Below are positions 28,517 through 38,037 of a stretch of 64,000 bases of DNA, piece by piece. Under the pieces are notes generated by a model, which was not told the origin of the DNA, ran no database searches, and saw only the letters and a list, made by a program, of their open reading frames with translations. Position 1 is the stretch's first letter, and each line of letters begins with the position of its first letter. The stretch is from assembly GCA_963850905.1 (NCBI GenBank), contig CAWKMU010000003.1, positions 512,001-576,000 of the forward strand. Direction: 5' to 3'. The position numbers and the translations under genes were made by a program. The DNA is from an uncultured Gemmatimonadales bacterium. Lineage in GTDB: Bacteria; Gemmatimonadota; Gemmatimonadetes; Gemmatimonadales; Gemmatimonadaceae.

Positions 28517-30940
28517 GTGCTCACACTCAAAGCGGCAGCGGACGTGCTGGCCGCAAAGGGATCCGACGCGCTGGTCGCGATCGCCGCGATGTGCGGCTAC
28601 GAGGGTCCGGCCCTGCCGATGGCGCCGCTCGATCGCGCGGCCCTCGGACTCGCGCCCCCTGACGATCCCTGCGCCATCGCAGTGCACGTCGCTCGCGGAC
28701 CGGACGCCCTGCGGGCATTGCTCATCGACGTCGCCCCGGACGGACCGCCGCGAGTGCTGCACGAGATGGTCTCCCGCGTCGCGGCGCGCCTGACGCGTCG
28801 TGCCCCACACCTCGCATGGCTGTGCATCGCGAGAGCGGGCGGGCGCGCGGAGGGCCTCGGCGTGCACCCTCACCCCGCCAAGTCGAACGGATCCCACGCC
28901 GCGCGACAACTCGTCCTCGCGACCTGGTCGAGCGAGCGCCAGCCGCCCCGCATTGCCGCACTGGTCGTCGATCCGGACGCGGTCGTCGACAGCGATGCCG
29001 AGACCCTCGCCGCGTTAGCGGCAGCGGTCAGTGCCGACACGGCTGGAACGCACGCGCGATGGCTCGATCTCCTGGGACGCGAGTCGCTCACGCGGCGGTT
29101 TTACTTCGCGCTGAACCGCGCGGTTGACGCGCTCGCATCTGCGTCGACCGTCCCGAGCGGCGTGCGGAGCCCTCCGCCGCATATACGGCGCGAGCTCGCA
29201 CTGCTCTGCACGTCTCGCTTGCTGTTCCTCGCCTTTCTCGAGGCCAAGGGGTGGCTCGATCGAGATCGCGCGTTTCTCGCGCGGATCTTCGCCGACTGCA
29301 TGGCGGGCGGCGGCGACTTTCATGCGCGCGTGCTCCGTCCGCTGTTCTTTGGCACGCTCAACACGCCGTTCTCCAAGCGCTCCCAGGCGGCCGTCCGGTT
29401 CGGGCACATTCCCTTTCTCAACGGGGGCCTGTTCTCGCCGACTGCCCTCGAGCGACGACTGCGCGGCGTCGCGTTCTCCGATGCGGCGCTGGGCGCGTTC
29501 GTGGGAGACGTGCTGGGCCACTATCGCTTCACGGCCCGAGAAGACCGCAGCACGTGGTCGGAAGCAGCCATCGACCCCGAGATGTTGGGACGCTCGTTCG
29601 AGGCGCTGATGGCGCCCTCCGTGCGTCACGCCACGGGTGCCTATTATACGCCACAGGCGCTCGTGTCCCGGGTCACCGAGCACGCACTCGTCCACGCGCT
29701 CGCGTCAGCGGCCGCACCGCCGACCGCGGTCGCCGCGCTGCTGCGCGGCGAATCCGCGGGCGAGGCCGCCCACGGGGCCGTTCACCAGCGACTCTCCGGC
29801 TTGCGCGTGCTCGATCCGGCATGTGGGTCCGGCGCCTTCCTCGTGCACATGCTCGACCTGCTCGCCACGCTCGCTGCCCGCGTCGGCACCGATCTGCCCG
29901 TCAGCCAGCGGCGCCGGCACGTGCTGACGCGCTCGATCTTTGGCGTGGACATCAATCCGACCGCGGTCTGGCTCTGTGAGCTGCGGCTCTGGCTCGCTGT
30001 CGTGATCGACAGTCCCGACGACGACCCTCGCGCAATGTTGCCGCTGCCCAACCTCGACCGCAATGTTCGCGTGGGCGACGCACTCGCGGGCGGCGCTTTC
30101 GGCGGCGGGCCGCATCACGGGCCCACCGGCACGGCGGACCAGCGGTCGGCAGTCGTGATCGGACGGCTCCGTGAGCGCTACGCGCGCTCGACGGGCGCGC
30201 GGAAACGATCCATGCTGCGCACGCTGGAACGCGTCGAGCGGAGTCGCGCGCTCGAAGGACTCCGCCGCGAGTTGGCCTCGGTCATGCGCGCGCGCATCGA
30301 CGCAGTGACGCTCGCTCGCGGTCGCGACCTGTTCGGCGCGGCGGCGCCCGGCGGCGCGGGTGAACGGGCCCGTCGCTCCGAACTGCGCAAGCGTGCACGC
30401 GCGTTGCGGTCACAGATCGAGGCGCTCCGCGGTGGCGCGGCGCTCCCATTCGCCTTTGCAACGCACTTCGGCGACGTCGACGACGCTGGCGGCTTCGATC
30501 TCGTGCTCGGGAATCCGCCGTGGGTGCGCCCACACGCTGTGCCCATCGTCGATCGCGAGCGCCTGCGACGGGACTTTGTGGTGTGTCGTCACGGTGCGTG
30601 GCTGCGCGGCGCGGCGGCCGGACGATCCGGACCAGGCTTCGGAACCCAGGTCGACATGGCAGCGATCTTCGTCGAGCGCGCGCTCACCGTCGCGAGGCCG
30701 CGTGGGATCGTCGCGCTCCTGCTGCCCGCGAAGCTGTGGAGATGTCTTGCGGGCGGCGGCGTGCGGTCGCTGATACTGGATCGTGCCTCGCTCCTCCGGA
30801 TCGAGGACTGGTCTGGCGCCCGTCGAGCGTTCGATGCGGCGGTGTACCCCTCGCTGCTCATCCTGCGCCGCGTTGCCCAGCCCGGCTCCAACACGACACC
30901 ACCCGGCCGCGAGGCCGTGGCATCGATCGACGCGCCGTGA
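28517..30940 (+). CDS. N6-adenine DNA methyltransferase (Eco57I/type IIG-like), N-terminal and catalytic part
   Basis: PFLNGGLF, IDPEMLGRSFE, GAYYTP, motif I VLDPACGSGAFL, IFGVDIN, motif IV FDLVLGNPPW. Confidence 0.88.
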   Translation: MLTLKAAADVLAAKGSDALVAIAAMCGYEGPALPMAPLDRAALGLAPPDDPCAIAVHVARGPDALRALLIDVAPDGPPRVLHEMVSRVAARLTRRAPHLAWLCIARAGGRAEGLGVHPHPAKSNGSHAARQLVLATWSSERQPPRIAALVVDPDAVVDSDAETLAALAAAVSADTAGTHARWLDLLGRESLTRRFYFALNRAVDALASASTVPSGVRSPPPHIRRELALLCTSRLLFLAFLEAKGWLDRDRAFLARIFADCMAGGGDFHARVLRPLFFGTLNTPFSKRSQAAVRFGHIPFLNGGLFSPTALERRLRGVAFSDAALGAFVGDVLGHYRFTAREDRSTWSEAAIDPEMLGRSFEALMAPSVRHATGAYYTPQALVSRVTEHALVHALASAAAPPTAVAALLRGESAGEAAHGAVHQRLSGLRVLDPACGSGAFLVHMLDLLATLAARVGTDLPVSQRRRHVLTRSIFGVDINPTAVWLCELRLWLAVVIDSPDDDPRAMLPLPNLDRNVRVGDALAGGAFGGGPHHGPTGTADQRSAVVIGRLRERYARSTGARKRSMLRTLERVERSRALEGLRRELASVMRARIDAVTLARGRDLFGAAAPGGAGERARRSELRKRARALRSQIEALRGGAALPFAFATHFGDVDDAGGFDLVLGNPPWVRPHAVPIVDRERLRRDFVVCRHGAWLRGAAAGRSGPGFGTQVDMAAIFVERALTVARPRGIVALLLPAKLWRCLAGGGVRSLILDRASLLRIEDWSGARRAFDAAVYPSLLILRRVAQPGSNTTPPGREAVASIDAP

Positions 30941-32088
30941 GCGGCGCACCGCCTAGCAGTCCGGAAGACGTCGAGGTCGCCCTGCACACTCGCGTCGGAG
31001 TGCATCGCTGGGCGACGACGGTGAGGATGCTGTGTTTCGACGCCAGTCCGGGCAGTCCGTGGTTGCTCGTGCCACCTGCAGTCCGCGGCGCCTTCGATGC
31101 CCTCGCCCACGCGGGCATCCCGCTCGCGGACACGGCCTTTGGCTCGCCAATGCTGGGAGTCAAATGCGGCTGCAACGACGCCTTTGTCGTAAGTCTCGGC
31201 GCACGCGGCGACGATAGCCGCGATGACGATGACACGGTCGTCGCAATCCGCACGTCGCGTGGCCACGCCAGGCGTACGCCGCACTCCGGCCGCGTCGAGC
31301 GGTGTCTCCTCCGACCGGTGGTCCGTGGGGAAACTCTTGGTCGATGGATGCGGTGCGACCCGCCGGATGGCCGCGGCCGCCCGACGGGCGCACGAACAGC
31401 CATTGAACCGGCACGGGCCGACGCCGTCCGCACCACGGTCCTGGATGGGCGGGCAGGGGCGACGCAATGCGGCGCCCGTCAGCGACGAGCGTGTCGCGAG
31501 CCGGAATGGATCATCTGGACGCACGAGGCCAGCGGCGTCGAGCGCGCGCCGCCTCTCGCGGCCCTGCCGCCGCACGCAGCGAGCTGGCTGGGTCGCTGGC
31601 GGCACCAGCTTGCTGCCCGGAGCGACACGCGCGGCCAGCTTCCCTGGTGGGCCCTGTTCCGCACCGAGAGCGCATCGGCAACGCACCCGCGCGTCGTCTG
31701 GCCAGATCTCGGACGGACGCCACGAGCGACGCTCATCCCCGCCGGCGACGCGACCGTCGCACTCAATAGCTGCTACGTCGCGCGCGCTGCCGACCTCGCG
31801 GATGCGCACGCGCTGACCGCGCTCCTGAACAGTGCGGTCGTCGCGGCGTGGCTCAACATCCTCGCCGAACCGGCCCGTGGGGGATACCGGCGCTACATGG
31901 GGTGGACGGTGGGCCTCCTGCCGCTGCCGCAGCCGTGGGAGGAGACGCGATCCGTGATGGCGCCGCTCGCGGCGGCCGCGCTCGACGGGGCGCCGCCCTC
32001 TGAAGCGCAGCTCACTGAGACAGTCGCCGCGGCTTACGGTCTGGACCTCGATGCGCTCCATCCGCTCCTGAGCTGGAGCGGCACATGA
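30937..32088 (+). CDS. Putative target-recognition (TaqI-C-like) C-terminal part of the methyltransferase; separate gene or frameshifted continuation
   Basis: GVKCGCNDAF, LRPVVRGE, VVWPDL, LNSCY, LTALLNS and ARGGYRRY resemble MTase TRD regions. GTGA overlap with the upstream stop. Confidence 0.7.
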   Translation: MSGAPPSSPEDVEVALHTRVGVHRWATTVRMLCFDASPGSPWLLVPPAVRGAFDALAHAGIPLADTAFGSPMLGVKCGCNDAFVVSLGARGDDSRDDDDTVVAIRTSRGHARRTPHSGRVERCLLRPVVRGETLGRWMRCDPPDGRGRPTGARTAIEPARADAVRTTVLDGRAGATQCGARQRRACREPEWIIWTHEASGVERAPPLAALPPHAASWLGRWRHQLAARSDTRGQLPWWALFRTESASATHPRVVWPDLGRTPRATLIPAGDATVALNSCYVARAADLADAHALTALLNSAVVAAWLNILAEPARGGYRRYMGWTVGLLPLPQPWEETRSVMAPLAAAALDGAPPSEAQLTETVAAAYGLDLDALHPLLSWSGT

Positions 32089-34460
32089 CGGTTCGATTGG
32101 CACCGCTGGACACCGTGCGCGCAGCCATCGCCGACTGCTGCCTCGGCTCGGCCGCGGAAGTATCCCAATCCGGTTGCTGCCATTCATCGCCGCAGATCGG
32201 GTCGGTGACGTTGCGCCCGCACCAAGCCGACGGGCTCGAACAGCTGACGGGTTTGATCGACACTCATGGCGGAGCGGTCCTCGCCGACGCGGTCGGCATG
32301 GGGAAGACGTACGTCGCGCTCGCGGTCGCGAGACGCGCAGGCGACGTGCTCGTCGTGTGTCCCGCGATCTTGCGCGACGCATGGCATCGCTCCGCCCGCG
32401 ACACCGGCGTGACGATCAGGACCGTTTCCATGGAGCAATTGAGCCGCGAGCGCGGCGAGGCCGCGTGCGGGAATCGACGACCGGATCTCGTCGTCGTCGA
32501 CGAAGCGCACCATTTCCGCAACCCGCACACACGACGCTATCACGCACTCGCCCGCGCAACGACGAGCGCACGCGTCCTCCTGCTGACCGCGACACCCGTT
32601 CACAACCGCACGGAAGATTTGGCGTGCATCTTGAGCCTCTTCCTCGGCGCGCACGCGTGGACGCTCACGGATGACCAACGCTCGCGCTACGTCGTGCGCC
32701 GCGGCCACGACGCGGCCCGCTCGCCAGCACCTGCACGATCCCTACAGACACCCGAACCGCACCGACATCGCTCGCCGGACTCGCCCCTGTCGGTGCCGCG
32801 CGTCATCGGACCGCACATCGTCCGCATCGATGACGACGCCGAGACACTGCAGGCGCTGGTGGCGCTGCCCCCGCCGGTCCCGCCGCGCGACGGCGAGTGT
32901 GCCGACGCATTGACCGCGATGGGGCTCATCCGCCAGTGGGCCTCGAGCGCCGGCGCGCTCCGCTCGGCCCTCCGGCGACGATTGGACCGGGCCGCGGCAC
33001 TCGAGGCGTCGCTCGAACAAGGCGCGTATCCGTCCTATCGCGCGCTCCGCGAGTGGTGTGTCGGCGAGGGAACCATCCAGCTCGCGCTGCCGGACCTCCT
33101 CACGCCGGCGCCGCCGGGCGAATCGGAGCAGGGACGTGCCGCGAGCCGTCCACCCGATATACCCATGCTCCTGTCGGCCGTGCGCGAGCACGCCGGCGCA
33201 GTGCGTCAGCTCTTGCGTCGACTGAGCGACGCGCCCGATCTCGACGCGGGTCGCGCCGACCACCTGCAGGCGATCATGCGCGCGCATCCGCACGCGAGGG
33301 TCGTCGGATTTTCCAGCTTCGAAGACACGGTGCACGCGTTGTTCCGCCAATTGCGCACTGAAGCGGCGATCTGCGCGCTCAGCGCCCGCGGCGGTGTGAT
33401 CGCCAGCGGGAGGTTGCGACGGGCCGAGGTCCTGCGACAGTTCGCGCCCGGCTCGGCGGAGCGCGTCGCGCGCGCGGAGCGGATCCAGCTGCTCTTGACC
33501 ACGGACCTGCTGAGCGAGGGCGTCGACCTGCAGGCCGCCGCAGTCGTCGTGCATCTCGACCTGCCGTGGACGCCGGCCCGCCTCGAGCAACGCATCGGGC
33601 GCATTGCGCGTTTGGGCTCGCCGCACGACTCCGTACACGTGTATGCCTTTGCGCCGCCTGCGGCCAGCGAAGCGCTGCTGCAGGTCGAACAGCGGCTGCA
33701 GGCGAAGCTGGACGCTGCCGGACGAGCGGTCGGCATCGTCGGCTCGATCGTGCCGCAGATATCCGCGTCGTGGGGCCGGGCCCGGGGCGATGGACCGCAG
33801 GTGGGCCCGCCTGAGCATCTGGCGACGGTCCGTGCGATCATCTCGACTTGGCGACGATCGTCCAGCGACGCTCCGCCGGCGCCCGACGAGACGCTCTGGG
33901 CGGCGGTGACAGGCCCCGCCCGTGGCTTCCTGGCGGCATGTGTCGTGGATGCCCGGCCCCTGCTTGTGGCCTCGGCCGGCACCGGCGTGTCGGACGCGCC
34001 GGCCGCCGTCGCCGCCGTCGCCGCCGTCGCCGCCGCTACACAATCTGCGAACTGTGCGCGCGTTGCCACGGACGCGATGGCGTGCCACAACGCGATCGGC
34101 GCGATCCGGGCATGGTGGTCCGAGCGGTGCGCCACCGAGGATGTCGGGCTCTCGACCGTTGCAGACGTCGCGTCGCGGCATCGCGTGCTCCGTCGCATTG
34201 CGGCGATCTCGCGGCGTTCGCCGCTGCACGCCCGCCCTTCGATCCTCGCGCTTGGCGAGCGCGCCCGTCGGGCGGCCACCGCACCCTTCGGTGCGGGAGC
34301 GGAATGGGTGCTCGATCAACTCGCTGGCGCCGCCTTACCCGACGCCCAGTGGCTTCGCGCCGTGGCCGCCTTTGGTGACGCCCACGCCCTCCGCGGGAGT
34401 CACACCCTCTCAGGCAGAGCGATCGTCGTGAGGGCACTCATCGTGTGCGGTGCATCGTGA
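32085..34460 (+). CDS. SNF2-like superfamily 2 helicase/ATPase
   Basis: LRPHQ, LADAVGMGKT, VVDEAHHFRN, LLTATPVHN, TTDLLSEGVDLQ, DLPWTPARLEQRIGRIAR. ATGA overlap with the upstream gene. Confidence 0.9.
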   Translation: MTVRLAPLDTVRAAIADCCLGSAAEVSQSGCCHSSPQIGSVTLRPHQADGLEQLTGLIDTHGGAVLADAVGMGKTYVALAVARRAGDVLVVCPAILRDAWHRSARDTGVTIRTVSMEQLSRERGEAACGNRRPDLVVVDEAHHFRNPHTRRYHALARATTSARVLLLTATPVHNRTEDLACILSLFLGAHAWTLTDDQRSRYVVRRGHDAARSPAPARSLQTPEPHRHRSPDSPLSVPRVIGPHIVRIDDDAETLQALVALPPPVPPRDGECADALTAMGLIRQWASSAGALRSALRRRLDRAAALEASLEQGAYPSYRALREWCVGEGTIQLALPDLLTPAPPGESEQGRAASRPPDIPMLLSAVREHAGAVRQLLRRLSDAPDLDAGRADHLQAIMRAHPHARVVGFSSFEDTVHALFRQLRTEAAICALSARGGVIASGRLRRAEVLRQFAPGSAERVARAERIQLLLTTDLLSEGVDLQAAAVVVHLDLPWTPARLEQRIGRIARLGSPHDSVHVYAFAPPAASEALLQVEQRLQAKLDAAGRAVGIVGSIVPQISASWGRARGDGPQVGPPEHLATVRAIISTWRRSSSDAPPAPDETLWAAVTGPARGFLAACVVDARPLLVASAGTGVSDAPAAVAAVAAVAAATQSANCARVATDAMACHNAIGAIRAWWSERCATEDVGLSTVADVASRHRVLRRIAAISRRSPLHARPSILALGERARRAATAPFGAGAEWVLDQLAGAALPDAQWLRAVAAFGDAHALRGSHTLSGRAIVVRALIVCGAS

Positions 34461-34461
34461 A

Positions 34462-34675
34462 ACGTGAGAAGCGCCGAAAGGCAGACCATGCCGCAATGCC
34501 CGTTGGCGGCGGGTAAGGGCGACGCCATGCGTCACCCTCCATCCCGCACCGGATGCCCCGGCGTCGACGTGGGTGGCCTACCGGCAGAGAAACGTGAGGA
34601 ACGCCGAAAGGCGGAACATGCCCCGATGTCCGTTGGCGGCGGGTAGGGGCGACGCAATGCGTCGCCCTCCATCCC
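34462..34675 (+). repeat. Degenerate direct duplication (about 84 bp unit, 130 bp period), each copy with a REP-like palindrome
   Basis: ACGTGAG..CGCCGAAAGGC..A.CATGCC..ATG.CCGTTGGCGGCGGGTA.GGGCGACGC.ATGCGTC.CCCTCCATCCC at about 34462 and 34592. Confidence 0.85.
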
Positions 34676-35214
34676 TAAAAATGCATTGCGCCGACTGGAA
34701 AGCCCCGCCGGCGGCAGAGTTGGGCGAAGGCAGTAGGCAGCCACGGACTGTAGTGCAACGGACGTCGCCGCAGGTCATGGGCGAGCGTGTGGAGGGGCAT
34801 CCAGCACCAGTCCTCGACCTCGTGAGGGTCGGGCGCCGGCGGCTCGTCGCTCTGGCCCCAGAACAAGTGGTCGTATTCGTGCTCGATCAGCCCCTGTCCG
34901 ACTGGCAGCCGATACAGGAAGGCGCCGGCGAAGTGCAAAGGACAGTCGATCCCCATCTCCTGACGGAGACGCCGCGATGCAGCGGTGATGGGACTCTCGC
35001 CCGCCTGTGGGTGCCCGCAGGCAGTGTTCGACCACGCGCCACCACAGTGGTACTTCCTCGCGGCACGCCGTTGGAGCAGCAACTCCCCCGCTGTGTTGAA
35101 GACGAAGGCCGACACCGCGCGGTGCAGAAGACCGAGCACGTGTGCGCGCACCTTCTCCTCTACGCCGATCTCCCGATCGTGTCGGTCCACCAGCACAACG
35201 TGTGGTGCCGTCAT
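34675..35214 (-). CDS. idi: Isopentenyl-diphosphate delta-isomerase type 1
   Basis: LHRAVSAFVF, LLQRRA..KY, WSNTACGHP, RRLRQEMG, EHEYDH, YSPW. Confidence 0.93.
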   Translation of the reverse strand: MTAPHVVLVDRHDREIGVEEKVRAHVLGLLHRAVSAFVFNTAGELLLQRRAARKYHCGGAWSNTACGHPQAGESPITAASRRLRQEMGIDCPLHFAGAFLYRLPVGQGLIEHEYDHLFWGQSDEPPAPDPHEVEDWCWMPLHTLAHDLRRRPLHYSPWLPTAFAQLCRRRGFPVGAMHF

Positions 35215-35510
35215 CGGTTGAGCCCGAGAAAGAGGGGTCGCGTGTAGCCAGTCGACAGGGGCGAGACGCCGCTCAGCACCGCCATCCGGACAATAAGGCA
35301 CCAGGCGTGCCAGTGCGCTGTGCCCGCTCTGTGGCGCCCGGGAAGACCTTGGGCAATATGGCAGATGAGGGACGCTCTCCCCCTGTCGATGTGATGGGTG
35401 TCAGCGTCAAGATTGTCAGGGCGGTTCTGCGCGCTTCTGCCCCATCGAACGAGTAGTGGCCGCTCATCCGTCCGAATCCCGAACGCCGAACCCCCAACCC
35501 CTGTGCATTT

Positions 35511-37208
35511 ATGTGGTGCCGACGATCGATAGCGGCAGTGGTCCTGGCGTCTGCAACGACGGCAGGCGGCACGAGCAAGCGGATCCCTCCGGCCCTGCGT
35601 GAGCACGCGCGACCGACCAACGCCAGCGACACCATTTACGATGTCGTCATTCGGGGCGGGCACGTGCTCGATGGCGCCGGCAACCCGTGGATCGCCGCGG
35701 ACGTCGCCATTCGCGATGGCCGTTTCGCGCGCATTGGCGAGATCAAGGAGCACGGCCGCGTCGAGATCGATGCGCATGGGAAATACGTCTCCCCCGGATG
35801 GATCGACATGATGGATCAGTCGGGCGGAGCCCTACTGCAAAACGGCAAGGCTGAGACGAAGCTACAGGAAGGCGTCACGACGGCGATCGCGGGCGAGGAT
35901 AGCCCGCCGACCCGCATCGACTCGCTCGCCGCCTACTTCCACCGCCTCGAGCGACAGGGGATCAGCGTCAACTTCGGCACCTACGTGAGCGAGGCCCAGC
36001 TCCGAATGGCCCTCCTCGGGGAAGTGGCTCGTGACCCGACTGCCGCAGAGCTGGACTCGATGCGCGCGCTCATGGCGACGGCCATGCAGCAGGGCGCGCT
36101 CGGGATGACGACGGCACTGATCTACCCGCCGATGAGCTACACCAAGACTCCAGAGCTGATCGCGCTCGCCACCGTCGCGGGACGCTACGGCGGGATGTAC
36201 GCGAGCCACATCCGGGGAGAAGGGAAAGAGGTGCTCGACGCGATCCGCGAAGCGATCGAGATCGGGCGCGAAGCGCACCTCCCCGTTGAGGTCTACCATC
36301 TCAAGGTCGCGTACGCGCCGGCGTGGGGAGTCCTCATGCCCAAGGTCGGCGTACTGATTGACTCCGCGCGCCGCGCGGGCCTCGAGGTCTCAGCCGACAT
36401 GTATGTCTATACCGCCGGCGGCACGGGGCTCGACGCGGTCGTTCCCGCATGGGCACACGAGGGCGGCGCGGATTCCCTGCGCGCGCGCCTGGCCAACCCG
36501 AAGATCCGGGCACGCCTCGCGCACGAGATCATCACGGGATCACCTGGGTGGTGGAACATCGTCGAGACCGCTGGCGGCTGGGATCACATCGTGCTCGCCG
36601 ACGCCCGCAACCCCGCGAACGCACGTTTCGATGGCCAGTCGATCACCGCCATCGCGCGCGCCTGGCACAAGACGCCAACAGACGCCGCGTTCGATCTCGT
36701 CGCCCAGGGGCGCGGGAGGACGACGGCGCTCTACTTCATGATGAGCGAAGGCGACATCGAGACTGCGTTGCGCTTCCCGTGGACCGGCATCGGCAGCGAT
36801 GCAGGCGCGGCTGTGCATCCCGGAGTGCTGGACACGCTCGACCTGCCGCACCCCCGCGCCTACGGCAACTTCCCCCGCGTCATCGCGCACTACGTTCGCG
36901 AGCGCCACACGCTCACGTTGCCCGAAGCGGTCCGCAAAATGACTTCGTGGCCCGCGACCCGCATGCGGCTGGCCGACCGCGGCGTCATCCGGGAAGGCAG
37001 CTGGGCAGACGTCACCATATTCGACTACGACAGCCTCGAGGATCGGGCCACGTACGCCCACCCATACCTCGCCCCGAGCGGCATCGATTACGTCCTCGTC
37101 AACGGGACCGTCGTGATCGACCACGGCAAGCACACCGGTGCCCGTCCGGGCAAAGTGCTGTGGGGCCCCGGAACGGTTCGCGAAGCCCGAATTGCATCGA
37201 AGGGCTAG
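35511..37208 (+). CDS. N-acyl-D-amino-acid deacylase family amidohydrolase
   Basis: DVVIRGG.VLDG, SPGWIDM, YASHIRGE, YHLK, GSDAG, HPRAYGNFPR, DYVLVNG. Start uncertain. Confidence 0.88.
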   Translation: MWCRRSIAAVVLASATTAGGTSKRIPPALREHARPTNASDTIYDVVIRGGHVLDGAGNPWIAADVAIRDGRFARIGEIKEHGRVEIDAHGKYVSPGWIDMMDQSGGALLQNGKAETKLQEGVTTAIAGEDSPPTRIDSLAAYFHRLERQGISVNFGTYVSEAQLRMALLGEVARDPTAAELDSMRALMATAMQQGALGMTTALIYPPMSYTKTPELIALATVAGRYGGMYASHIRGEGKEVLDAIREAIEIGREAHLPVEVYHLKVAYAPAWGVLMPKVGVLIDSARRAGLEVSADMYVYTAGGTGLDAVVPAWAHEGGADSLRARLANPKIRARLAHEIITGSPGWWNIVETAGGWDHIVLADARNPANARFDGQSITAIARAWHKTPTDAAFDLVAQGRGRTTALYFMMSEGDIETALRFPWTGIGSDAGAAVHPGVLDTLDLPHPRAYGNFPRVIAHYVRERHTLTLPEAVRKMTSWPATRMRLADRGVIREGSWADVTIFDYDSLEDRATYAHPYLAPSGIDYVLVNGTVVIDHGKHTGARPGKVLWGPGTVREARIASKG

Positions 37209-37213
37209 ACGTT

Positions 37214-37882
37214 TTGTCCAGTCCGATCCTCTTCGACTTGGACGGCACCCTCGTCGACTCGATCGAGTTGATCCTGCAATCGATGGAGCAGGCGTTCGCG
37301 GAGCGCCCCGAGCTCAAGCCGACGCGAGCCGAGTGGATCACCGGAATCGGCACGCCGCTCGTGACGCAATTCCGATCCTATGTCGAGGATGAGACCGAGG
37401 TGAGTCGACTCCTGCGGCGATACCGGACCTACCAGAACGCCAACCACGACCGACTGACTGCGTGTTATACGGGCGTGCTCGATGCGGTGCACCGGTTGTC
37501 GCTGCGCGGCCATCCGCTGGCGATCGTCACCTCCAAGCCCAGCGAGCTCGCCCGACGGTCGATTGCCCACGTCGGTCTCGCCCCGTATTTCCCCGTGATC
37601 GTCGGCGTCGAATCCACTCCACGGAACAAGCCCCACCCCGAACCCGTCCGATTTGCCCTCGAGCAACTCGACGCGAGTACCGACGGCGCGTTCTTCGTGG
37701 GCGACTCCCCCCACGACATCGCCGCCGGCAACGCCGCCGGGGTCTCGACGGTCGCGGCGCTCTGGGGAGCCTTTACCCGCGAGGCCCTCGAACAAGCCCG
37801 CCCACGGTATGTCCTCGACCGCATCGGTGGGCTCGATGCCATTGTTGGCGGAAACCACGACGAGCTGGCCAAAGACCGGTAG
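37214..37882 (+). CDS. HAD-superfamily phosphatase (PpaX-like)
   Basis: LFDLDGTLVDS, IVTSK, KPHPEP, VGDSPHD. Confidence 0.9.
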   Translation: MSSPILFDLDGTLVDSIELILQSMEQAFAERPELKPTRAEWITGIGTPLVTQFRSYVEDETEVSRLLRRYRTYQNANHDRLTACYTGVLDAVHRLSLRGHPLAIVTSKPSELARRSIAHVGLAPYFPVIVGVESTPRNKPHPEPVRFALEQLDASTDGAFFVGDSPHDIAAGNAAGVSTVAALWGAFTREALEQARPRYVLDRIGGLDAIVGGNHDELAKDR

Positions 37883-38037
37883 GGGCGACGCCCTCTCCTC
37901 TCTCCTTTCCGCGTCTCTCCTTTCTCGGGCGCAAAGCGCCCGCCCCGCCCCGCCGTTCGGTCTTTAGCCGTTGTCCTTTCAAACGTTCCGCCCCTTTCCG
38001 ATATCTGATATCGTGAGACCTGTGACCCTATTTGCGA

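Noticed and set aside
34003..34036. (GCCGCCGTC)n repeat in the helicase gene
   Set aside because: Short in-frame slippage encoding AAV repeats; no sign of phase variation.
30589..34319. Long antisense and alternate-frame ORFs (for example 30589-32382, 32742-34319, also 2076-3569 and 6210-7868)
   Set aside because: Shadow ORFs expected at high GC; Arg/Ala/Pro-rich with no motifs, and they overlap well-supported genes.
28517..34460. Calling the module DISARM or BREX
   Set aside because: The required partners (drmA/B/C; brxC, pglZ) are absent from the window.
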